Source: Bacteriovoracaceae bacterium | GTDB lineage: Bacteria > Bdellovibrionota > Bacteriovoracia > Bacteriovoracales > Bacteriovoracaceae | Direction: 5' to 3' | DNA: 20,000 bases | NCBI GenBank assembly: GCA_018649885.1 | Contig: JABIHA010000066.1 | Coordinates: forward strand, 59,840-79,839 | Part shown: positions 1 to 7,504 of the stretch, one piece after another | Position numbering within the stretch: position 1 is the first letter of the stretch | Layout: each line of letters starts with the position of its first letter | Notes under the pieces: generated by a model | What the model saw: the letters and a program-made list of their open reading frames with translations, nothing else | Told to the model about the DNA's origin: nothing | Database searches by the model: none | Position numbers and translations under genes: made by a program

Positions 1-35
1 TTAACTTTTATTTTCATGGTAAAAAACCTATAATT

Positions 36-63
36 TAACCGAGGTATATATGTATCTCGGTTA
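36..63. promoter_or_regulatory. Inverted repeat upstream of the EEP gene (operator or hairpin)
   Basis: TAACCGAG (36-43) and CTCGGTTA (56-63) are perfect 8-bp complements, extendable by G-T/T-A pairs; 30 nt upstream of the GTG at 93. Confidence 0.4.
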
Positions 64-92
64 GATAATTTTTCAAATAAATTGAGGAAATA

Positions 93-1109
93 GTGGTTTT
101 GTACATAGCCATTTGCATAGTAGCTCTTCTAATAGGCATTTTCTTATTTGCAGTCGGTGGGATTCAGCGCTGGGGTGTAATTGGTGCAGAAGTAATTACT
201 AATCCACAATTTCTAGATCAAGATTGTACTAAAAGCTCACTTAAAATCATCTCTTGGAATATTTCATTTGCACAAGGAGAAGGCTCAGGGGGCGAAAGGT
301 ACACTCCAAGAAGCGAAATCGAAATGAAGCAAGCTTTAGATGGGATCGCAAGTTTTTTAAAAAGCCAAGATCCCGATATCATTTTACTGCAAGAAATCGA
401 TTTCGACTCCAAAAGAAGCTACTATACTGACCAGCTTAATTATCTTTCAAATGCACTTGGATACCGTTACTCAGCAAAAGCTCTTTCTTGGAAGGCAGGA
501 TATATTCCATACCCCTACTTCCCCATAAAAAATCAATTTGGTAAAATCAGGTCCGGTGGAGCAGTTATTTCAAAATGGCCCATTAACTCTAATTCAATAT
601 TTCTGCACCCCAAGCCTGATACTCACTCTTGGTGGTATAATGCATTTTACCTATTTCGATATTCACAGGTTTTAAGTTTCAATGTCGCTGGAAAAACTTT
701 CAGTGCAATTAATAATCATCTAGAAGCATTTGCAGCTCAAAATAGACAGCTGCAAGCCCAGAAATTGATTGAAATCATAGGCGAAAACCACGTGGAAGTT
801 GCTTTTATCGGTGGCGATTTTAATACTATTCCTAGAGATTCTAAAGTAAAGTCTTTTATAGATGGAGATAATTACGAATTTGATGAAACATATTGTATTT
901 TCGAAAGTATGAAAGATTTTAGAGAAATTGTCCCTCATAAGGAATATATCAAGAGTGAGAAGAGTTATTTCACTTTTCCTGCCAAAGGCCCAAATCGAAG
1001 ATTAGACTATATTTTTGTCAATTCCAAATATCAATTTGAAAATGTTGAATTCCATCACCCCGGTGAGATGTCTGATCATCTTCCTATTTCGGTTGAGATA
1101 CTATTATGA
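93..1109 (+). CDS. Endonuclease/exonuclease/phosphatase (EEP) family protein with N-terminal membrane anchor
   Basis: Motifs ISWNI, LLQEID, NNHLEAF, GGDFN, RLDYIF and SDHLP in canonical order; hydrophobic N-terminus; GAGGA SD before the GTG start. Confidence 0.9.
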   Translation: MVLYIAICIVALLIGIFLFAVGGIQRWGVIGAEVITNPQFLDQDCTKSSLKIISWNISFAQGEGSGGERYTPRSEIEMKQALDGIASFLKSQDPDIILLQEIDFDSKRSYYTDQLNYLSNALGYRYSAKALSWKAGYIPYPYFPIKNQFGKIRSGGAVISKWPINSNSIFLHPKPDTHSWWYNAFYLFRYSQVLSFNVAGKTFSAINNHLEAFAAQNRQLQAQKLIEIIGENHVEVAFIGGDFNTIPRDSKVKSFIDGDNYEFDETYCIFESMKDFREIVPHKEYIKSEKSYFTFPAKGPNRRLDYIFVNSKYQFENVEFHHPGEMSDHLPISVEILL

Positions 1110-1921
1110 ATTATTATCAAGCACTCAATTTAGAGAATAATTTAGAAGAGTTGTTGTTAAATTACTTTGTATTTTGCATTGTTTATTTTTTAGTGTTCTT
1201 TCTAATTTCAGTCCTAAGGGATGACTATAGCTCGGTTGATTCAGGGTGGAGCATAGGGATTGTCCTCTCAACACTACTAACTTACTATTTTAAAACAGAG
1301 GCTCAAACCTTTTATTCTAAAATCATTATATTTCTTGTGTTTATTTGGGGAGCCCGGTTATCGCTCCATCGACTTGTTAGAAACATTAGAGACGGTGAAG
1401 ATTTCAGGTATCAAAACTTACGTATCAAATGGCCAAAGTTTTTTAAAACTCAAATATTTTTCAAGGTATTTCTTGTGCAAGCCATTTTGCAATTTGTTGT
1501 GATCCTCCCTCTAATTGTAGGATTAAATTCTCCTTTACCAAAAATTAAATTTAGATTTAGCTTAGGAATTATCGTTTTCATTATTGGATTTGCAATAGAA
1601 TCTATTTCAGATTTTCAACTCTTTAGTTTTAAATCTTTAAAGAAAAATCACAAAAAAGTTTTATCTTCTGGAATGTGGAAATGGTGTAGGCATCCAAACT
1701 ACTTAGGTGAAATTACTTTGTGGTGGGGAATATTTCTTTGTTGTTACACAAAAAACTATAAATGGATTTATACCGGTCCTATGATGCTAACCCTATTTAT
1801 TGCCAAAATATCTGGAGTGCCTCTTATAGAGAGGAGATTTTCGCACAATAAAGATTATCAATTGTACAAAGACAGAACAGGGTCAATATTCCCTATTTCA
1901 AAAAAGCCTCACTCTGATTAA
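1106..1921 (+). CDS. DUF1295 family (steroid 5-alpha-reductase-like) membrane protein
   Basis: Multiple TM segments; motifs VDSGW, WGARLS, EDFRY, ESISDFQL and GMWKWCRHPNYLGE; ATGA overlap with the EEP stop suggests translational coupling. Confidence 0.88.
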   Translation: MNYYQALNLENNLEELLLNYFVFCIVYFLVFFLISVLRDDYSSVDSGWSIGIVLSTLLTYYFKTEAQTFYSKIIIFLVFIWGARLSLHRLVRNIRDGEDFRYQNLRIKWPKFFKTQIFFKVFLVQAILQFVVILPLIVGLNSPLPKIKFRFSLGIIVFIIGFAIESISDFQLFSFKSLKKNHKKVLSSGMWKWCRHPNYLGEITLWWGIFLCCYTKNYKWIYTGPMMLTLFIAKISGVPLIERRFSHNKDYQLYKDRTGSIFPISKKPHSD

Positions 1922-1944
1922 GATCACCTGTGCTTACTTGCTAC

Positions 1945-4119
1945 TTATACTGATCCCAGTTTGGGGTAAACCCTTTTGTAGCTCCCCTTGAGCCACTGCT
2001 TTATTTCTGAACAGTAATAAGAGGAAAATCTTCTATCTGAAGGACCTCCAATAAGCCGACTTTCCAAACCTTTTTCTGCCATATCAATAATAATCCTAAT
2101 TGAAGGTCCAAAGCTTGTCTGACGTCCACCTGAATTGTATACCTGCCCTTGGTGAACACTTGATCTACCACCAGCGAGGGGTATTGGTCCCTTATTAAAA
2201 CCAAATTTCCCTAGTGGACTATCTCCTAGTAATATATGTTTTAAAACTATTTGGTTTTTATCACCCCATCTTTGTGGTACCCACTGAGCTTGTGCTGCCT
2301 CTAACGATTTCTTGAAAATATTTTTCCTTGATCTCTTCGCAAACCAAGTAGACTGCTCCTTTGCAATAATTGAATTAAAATTGCCAAAAAAATCTGCAAA
2401 TATCCCCGTCTTCTCTAGCATATAATTAAAGACATCATCTCCAAAAACATCTCCAAAAATTTCACTCAAAAGGTTTTTTCGAATTAGCTCAAATAATGTC
2501 GGTGCACAAGAATCTGGATCATAACAAAAATCCCAGTCATTTAATAATTCTGGAAGACAATCTTTCCCCAGATCAAAGGTAAAGAGGTCTAGTAACCATT
2601 TGGCTTCTAATGAAAAAAGATCACATTGAAGTTTTGCCATTGATTTCGTTGATATTTTTTCACCTGAATCAATTATTTTTTTGAGAACGCTATGAATTTG
2701 TTGTGAGCGATATGGACCCATTGGCATTGTAATGGCCTTGCATGTGCCATATTGATTTAGATCTTCATTTGCTGTAACAAAGTAACCCTCACTAGGGTTA
2801 TAACTTTTTGGTAATGCCGAAGGTTTTTGAAAACCCTTCCAATCATTTTTTGGAGTCCAGCCTGGGAGCGGAATTGCGCCACTTAACCCAGATGATCTGA
2901 GTGGTGCTAGCCCAGACATTTGATAACCAATATTATCAGAAGTATCTGCCAGTACCCAGTTAAAGGAGATTTCAGATGTTTCAAAAACCTTCATTCCCTC
3001 TTCAACACTATCAACTCGAAATAAATCAAAAACCACTTTTAAAGAAGCTGTAGTAAATTCTGAACCACTCCACCTCGAACTTAGGTAATATCCTTCAGTG
3101 CCTGGGTCCCCAAGTAGAACTCCATGCTTGCTCTCATGGTATGTGGCCAGGTAATCCGAGTTCTTCTTTCTTTTGATGGTCTCAACTCTTTTACTAAATT
3201 CTTCCCATTCATTATCAGAGATTCTTCTTTTGCCATCTTGGCAATGCTCTATCCAAGTATCGATAGAATCTAAAAAGGTGTAAGTTGCTCCCCAGGAAAC
3301 TTTGTTAGTTCTACCAATAACCAAACCTGGTAGGCCTGGAACAGTTGCTCCAACGGCATATCTACCTGGTATTTCCATAATTACCTCGGCCCAAACATTA
3401 GGGAGTCTATTAATTTCAAGGTGAGGGTCATTACACAAAAATGGTTTTCCAGATTCAGTGTATTTTCCAGAAACTACCCAATTATTTGAGGCCATGAGTG
3501 GCGTTAAAGCGCAATTCCATTTAACTTCATCAGGAATTATCCTATGAGATAAATTTACTTTCTTTAGTGCCTCCAAGTCTAATCCACCTAACAGCCCAGG
3601 TAGTAACTCTTCAAGTTGGTCACCGTTCACTCCACCTTGCACTAATTCCACAACTAGTTGCTCTAACTCACCTTGAGATTGAGCGAGTGTTAGATAGCCT
3701 ATCATCTTGGCCATCATACTTGAGTCCTTGGGAGTCCATTTCTCATATTTATAACCTAACATTTTGAGCTCCCACGGAAGATATTTCTCAAAACGTTTAT
3801 TTATTCCCATGCAATAAGCTTGCATGCTTTCGAGATTTGTACCATCAAGTGATTCTCCGTCATCACCCCAATTCATTCTTCTAAAAAATAAATCGACTTC
3901 AAGCATTTCCTCACTATCATTTAACAACTCACAGGCCCTTCCCTGACCTAAGATTCTCATCATAAGAAGTTGCAAGCCGCGATCAAACGCGTGGGCAAAA
4001 CCTAGTCCGTAACACATTCCCAATTCATTCTCTGCTAGAATGTGGGCGACACCATTTTCATCTCTTTTAATTTCTACGTGTCCGTGCTCACCACTTATTT
4101 TAGTTTTCTTAAGAATCAA
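1945..4119 (-). CDS. Penicillin acylase family (S45) Ntn-hydrolase
   Basis: IKRDENGVAHI and GLGFAHAFDR (alpha chain); ASNNWVVSG with the nucleophile Ser at the autoprocessing site; NDPHL and FVTANE; TTG start with GGAG SD. Confidence 0.92.
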   Translation of the reverse strand: MILKKTKISGEHGHVEIKRDENGVAHILAENELGMCYGLGFAHAFDRGLQLLMMRILGQGRACELLNDSEEMLEVDLFFRRMNWGDDGESLDGTNLESMQAYCMGINKRFEKYLPWELKMLGYKYEKWTPKDSSMMAKMIGYLTLAQSQGELEQLVVELVQGGVNGDQLEELLPGLLGGLDLEALKKVNLSHRIIPDEVKWNCALTPLMASNNWVVSGKYTESGKPFLCNDPHLEINRLPNVWAEVIMEIPGRYAVGATVPGLPGLVIGRTNKVSWGATYTFLDSIDTWIEHCQDGKRRISDNEWEEFSKRVETIKRKKNSDYLATYHESKHGVLLGDPGTEGYYLSSRWSGSEFTTASLKVVFDLFRVDSVEEGMKVFETSEISFNWVLADTSDNIGYQMSGLAPLRSSGLSGAIPLPGWTPKNDWKGFQKPSALPKSYNPSEGYFVTANEDLNQYGTCKAITMPMGPYRSQQIHSVLKKIIDSGEKISTKSMAKLQCDLFSLEAKWLLDLFTFDLGKDCLPELLNDWDFCYDPDSCAPTLFELIRKNLLSEIFGDVFGDDVFNYMLEKTGIFADFFGNFNSIIAKEQSTWFAKRSRKNIFKKSLEAAQAQWVPQRWGDKNQIVLKHILLGDSPLGKFGFNKGPIPLAGGRSSVHQGQVYNSGGRQTSFGPSIRIIIDMAEKGLESRLIGGPSDRRFSSYYCSEIKQWLKGSYKRVYPKLGSV

Positions 4120-4354
4120 TTTTTTCTCCGCAGTTAATAAAATTACAGTTCATTACAGGTAAGATATTGTTAAATTCAACATTATTACATTTACTACGTC
4201 CAGATGTAAGACAGCTAAAATATTTTGACATAAGTTCTTGAAATAAAATACATGGGCCTTTTGAGTCCATTAGCAAAATTTATTAGGGGTGCTCACTTTT
4301 AATAATTTTTCTTATATCCCAAGCTGTCTTATCTTACTAAGCAAGGAGATACCT

Positions 4355-4432
4355 ATGGTGAAACAGATGGTTTTAAACCTTCAAGGCAGGATGGAAACAG
4401 GTCACACAGTCAACAAACTCCACTTCAACTAA
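4355..4432 (+). CDS. Putative small ORF or leader peptide, 25 aa (MVKQMVLNLQGRMETGHTVNKLHFN)
   Basis: AAGGAG SD at 4343-4348, 6 nt before ATG 4355; TAA at 4430-4432; no homology recognised. Confidence 0.35.
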   Translation: MVKQMVLNLQGRMETGHTVNKLHFN

Positions 4433-4502
4433 CCTCCCACAATTGTCCAATCAAAAACTACACATTAATTTCAACTTGTGACCCCATCCTCCTTTATTTT
4501 TT
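4383..4502 (+). other. Long-range bulged stem (18 Watson-Crick pairs) followed by a T-rich tract
   Basis: AAGG(4383-86)/CCTT(4491-94), AGGATGG(4388-94)/CCATCCT(4484-90), GGTCACA(4400-06)/TGTGACC(4477-83); TATTTTTT follows. Confidence 0.55.
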
Positions 4503-4530
4503 GGCCATTAAAGCACTGATTAACTATTAT
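4501..4530 (+). promoter_or_regulatory. Putative sigma70 promoter for the dihydroorotase gene
   Basis: TTGGCC-N18-TATTAT, then AGGAG SD at 4539-4543 and ATG at 4551. Confidence 0.4.
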
Positions 4531-4550
4531 GTTTTTCTAGGAGAACTATA

Positions 4551-5870
4551 ATGGAACACTTCGATCTTGTGCTTAAAGATGCCACTACTATCTCTAGCCG
4601 CGGAAAGCAAATTTGTGATTTAGGTATCGTTGATCAAAAAATTTCAAAAATAGGCACCATTGCCGAATCCTCAGCAGATAAATGCATCAATTTAAAAGGC
4701 CTTCACATACTCCCTGGAGTTATTGACTCTCAAGTGCATTTTCGGGAACCCGGCAAAGTTGAAAAGGAAGATATTAAATCTGGATCAACTGCAGCTTGCC
4801 TTGGTGGAGTCACTGCCTTCCTTGAAATGCCCAATACCAATCCACCCACCACATCCCTTGAGGCGCATCAAGTAAAACTTGATATCGCGGGGAACACATC
4901 TCTTGTAGACTATGGATTTTTCCTTGGGGCAAGCCCAGATAACCTGGAACTCATTAGCACTCTTCAAAGAAAGCCAGGCCTTGCGGGCATCAAAATATTT
5001 ATGGGTAGCTCTACCGGAAATTTATTACTCGAAGATCGAGAACATGTGGAAAGTGTATTGAGAAATACTGACCTTCCTATTGCTGTCCACTCTGAAGATG
5101 AGCAAATGCTAAGGCAAAGATTTGATTTAGTTAAAGGAAGTGGCAGGGTAGAGGATCATCCCCTTTGGAGGAGCCCAGAGGTCTGTTTCAAGTGCACCAG
5201 GGACCTTGTCTCTATTGCCAAAAAAGTGGGAAGAAAAGTTCATATACTCCACATAACTTCTGAAGAAGAAATACTTTTTTTAAAAGATAATAAAGACTAT
5301 TGTACTGTTGAGGTAACACCACAACACCTTACTCTTTTCGCTCCCGATTGCTACAAGGAGCTGGGAACACTTGCCCAGATGAATCCCCCAATAAGGGAGA
5401 AGCATCACCTTGATCAACTCTGGGAAGGCATTAGTAATGGTACTGCGGATGTAATTGGCTCAGACCATGCCCCCCACCTTCTTTCCGAGAAAGAAAAAAT
5501 CTACCCCAGCTCACCTTCTGGAATGCCAGGGGTGCAAACTCTTTTACCTGTAATGCTCGACCATGTTTCAAAAGGAAAGCTCTCGCTTGAGCGACTTGTT
5601 GAACTTGTATGCTTTAATCCGGCCAAAATCTATTCAATGGGTCAATTAGGGGATATCTCAGAGGGTAAAAGGGCGAATCTGACAGTAGTTGATTTAAAGG
5701 CAGAGAGAGTTATTGAAAATAGCTGGATCGCTTCTAAATGTGGCTGGACCCCCTTTCAGGGCAGAAAATGTACAGGCTGGCCCACTATGACAATTGTTGG
5801 AGGAGAAATTCTCATGCAAGATAACGTCATTACAGACAGTAGACGCGCAGCGCCAATAGAATTTTTATAG
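4551..5870 (+). CDS. pyrC: Dihydroorotase (amidohydrolase superfamily)
   Basis: PGVIDSQVHFREPG, EMPNTNP, KIFMGSSTG, VHSED, VEVTPQHL, MNPPIR, GSDHAPH and SGMPG. Confidence 0.88.
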   Translation: MEHFDLVLKDATTISSRGKQICDLGIVDQKISKIGTIAESSADKCINLKGLHILPGVIDSQVHFREPGKVEKEDIKSGSTAACLGGVTAFLEMPNTNPPTTSLEAHQVKLDIAGNTSLVDYGFFLGASPDNLELISTLQRKPGLAGIKIFMGSSTGNLLLEDREHVESVLRNTDLPIAVHSEDEQMLRQRFDLVKGSGRVEDHPLWRSPEVCFKCTRDLVSIAKKVGRKVHILHITSEEEILFLKDNKDYCTVEVTPQHLTLFAPDCYKELGTLAQMNPPIREKHHLDQLWEGISNGTADVIGSDHAPHLLSEKEKIYPSSPSGMPGVQTLLPVMLDHVSKGKLSLERLVELVCFNPAKIYSMGQLGDISEGKRANLTVVDLKAERVIENSWIASKCGWTPFQGRKCTGWPTMTIVGGEILMQDNVITDSRRAAPIEFL

Positions 5871-5939
5871 TCTTTCTCCCGACTCTTGCCAGCAGCACAA
5901 AAATATCGTTTAACCTCACCATACACTTTGGAGAACAAC

Positions 5940-6242
5940 ATGCTTAGGATATTACCTGTTGCCATTATGGTTATGTGGTTATGGCTTTTGAAGTCTGCCC
6001 TTGGTGCTGAAATTTATACAGCAAATTGTGAAGTCTATTTCGATCAAGAGTTTGGTGGCCCTGGCGGTGATGCAAAAGGTAAAATTTCATGGGACCTAAG
6101 AGGATCAAAAAGCGAGCTTACAAAATCTTGTAATAGGCTAACAGCACTATTTGAAGATACTTATATACAAGGTGTAGGTGGCGAGTCGAGCTTTGATTAC
6201 ATCAGCTCAAGCCTAAAAATTAATTCACCATCTGATAAATAA
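5940..6242 (+). CDS. Small exported hypothetical protein (~100 aa)
   Basis: Start moved from 5886 to ATG 5940 (GGAG SD at 5930-33), which exposes a signal-peptide-like N-terminus MLRILPVAIMVMWLWLLKSALG; two Cys in the mature part. Confidence 0.6.
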   Translation: MLRILPVAIMVMWLWLLKSALGAEIYTANCEVYFDQEFGGPGGDAKGKISWDLRGSKSELTKSCNRLTALFEDTYIQGVGGESSFDYISSSLKINSPSDK

Positions 6243-6586
6243 AATCTTAAGTCTTTCTACATGAGGGTTCCAGCAAAACTAATCCGTGCGTGAACCCCCC
6301 TATGGTTTATTACCAATCAATCTCTTGAAATTTCTTATCATCTGGACAACCTGGGCAGTGCTCTCCAATACAGTTTAAACATTTCATATCACATGGATCA
6401 ATCCCTTGCCCTAGACTACCTGAAAGTTCAGGGTCAGCACTATCAAGTAATTTTCCAGCAATCTTCACACTACTTACAGGCCCTAGTTAAAAAACTATCC
6501 ATAAATTGAAGTTAAGTGGCACAAAGTTTTAGGTCAAAGAAATTGAATAGGAGTGAACTTAAAATAAAAAAACCATGGTCTTAGCT

Positions 6587-6617
6587 AAAACCGGAGTCAT
6601 TACACCCCCGAGTTTTT
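6587..6617 (-). terminator. Probable intrinsic terminator of the DUF4097-like gene
   Basis: Minus strand AAAAAC-T-CGGGG...CTCCG-GTTTT, ~20 nt after the stop at 6637, with a further T-run downstream. Confidence 0.5.
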
Positions 6618-6636
6618 TGATAGGGTAGTAGCTTTT

Positions 6637-7362
6637 CTAATCGCTGCTCTTAACTGAAAGACCACCCATGCCGGCCTTCATTGAAATATTAAATAATGCT
6701 GAAGGATCATCACCAAGCTCATTACTTTTTTCACCGAGAGCGCTTTTTAAAGATGTTTTTATTCGGGTTGATTTAGGCATTGTGATGGTTGAGTTACCTT
6801 TGCCAATATCGATATTAAGGTTTCCTTTACTTGGGACAGATAAGTACTTTATAGTAACATCACCACTTCCGGCCTTAATATCTGAAACAATAGCAGTTCC
6901 AGTTAAATTGATATTTCCAAGTCCAGACTTTCCAACAAGCTTTGTTACCGAAGAATCAATTTTAACATTTCCTTTGCCGAGCATGTAATTAATTTGGCCC
7001 AAAGTATTTTTTATTCGAATGTCGCCATTTCCATTTTTAATTATGAGAGCTAATTTTTTAGGTACAGTGATAATGAAATCGACTGCGCATCTAGCAAGGC
7101 CTGTAAAAGAGCTGTCATCAACTCGTATTTTTATGCCCTTTTTTGATTGGCCCATTTCAAGTTGACAAGATTCACTAAAATCGAGCTTTCTCGCAACAAT
7201 TTTTACTTCCTTTGAGTCTTCACCAACAATAGTCACCTTACCTAGTTTATTTTCAAGGTCTAAGTTTAGAGTGTCCTTTATAGTGAAAGATCTTTGTTCA
7301 ATATTGGCGCCTGCCAGTGGAATAGTTGAAATGAAAAATAGGGCAATAAATAAGTGAGCCAT
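6637..7362 (-). CDS. Exported DUF4097-like beta-strand repeat (putative adhesin) protein
   Basis: Signal peptide MAHLFIALFFISTIPLAGA with a GGGGAG SD before ATG 7362; repeated G-x-G-[ND]-[IV]-x-[IL] strands (NGNGDIRI, LGKGNVKI, GLGNINL, GSGDVTI); VDFIITVPK. Confidence 0.75.
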   Translation of the reverse strand: MAHLFIALFFISTIPLAGANIEQRSFTIKDTLNLDLENKLGKVTIVGEDSKEVKIVARKLDFSESCQLEMGQSKKGIKIRVDDSSFTGLARCAVDFIITVPKKLALIIKNGNGDIRIKNTLGQINYMLGKGNVKIDSSVTKLVGKSGLGNINLTGTAIVSDIKAGSGDVTIKYLSVPSKGNLNIDIGKGNSTITMPKSTRIKTSLKSALGEKSNELGDDPSALFNISMKAGMGGLSVKSSD

Positions 7363-7400
7363 TAGGTGGTCTCCCCACATTTAGTCGAGTAAATAGATCG

Positions 7401-7415
7401 GTTAGTTTAACTAAC
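7401..7415. promoter_or_regulatory. Perfect palindrome, candidate operator
   Basis: GTTAGTT-T-AACTAAC, ~40 nt upstream of the DUF4097-like start. Confidence 0.4.
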
Positions 7416-7504
7416 TTGGTGCAAAGAGTAAATTGAAACAAGGTGCAACTGCTGCCCAGGTAAGCTTTTCACTGTTTGTGATAACCGCTCGTAATCATAG
7501 AGCT

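Noticed and set aside
1..17. Possible start of a minus-strand gene (ATG at 17, MKIKV...) running off the window
   Set aside because: Only five full codons are visible, so it cannot be supported.
4284..4330. TAGGGGTGC resembling the start of a TPP riboswitch
   Set aside because: No CTGAGA, ACCTGA or GCGNAGG core motifs.
4207..4494. Retron msr-msd, integron attC, SRP or 6S RNA explanations for the inverted repeats
   Set aside because: No reverse transcriptase or integrase in the window, no RYYYAAC/GTTRRRY ends, no SRP GGAAGCAG motif and no terminal stem as in 6S.
6263..6282. GAGGGTTCCAGCAAAACTAA resembling a preQ1-I riboswitch
   Set aside because: The 3' strand of P1 is missing between the loop and the A-rich tail, and no queuosine gene follows.
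6517..6532. TGGCAC sigma54 -24 box
   Set aside because: The -12 position lacks TTGC and no plus-strand gene follows.
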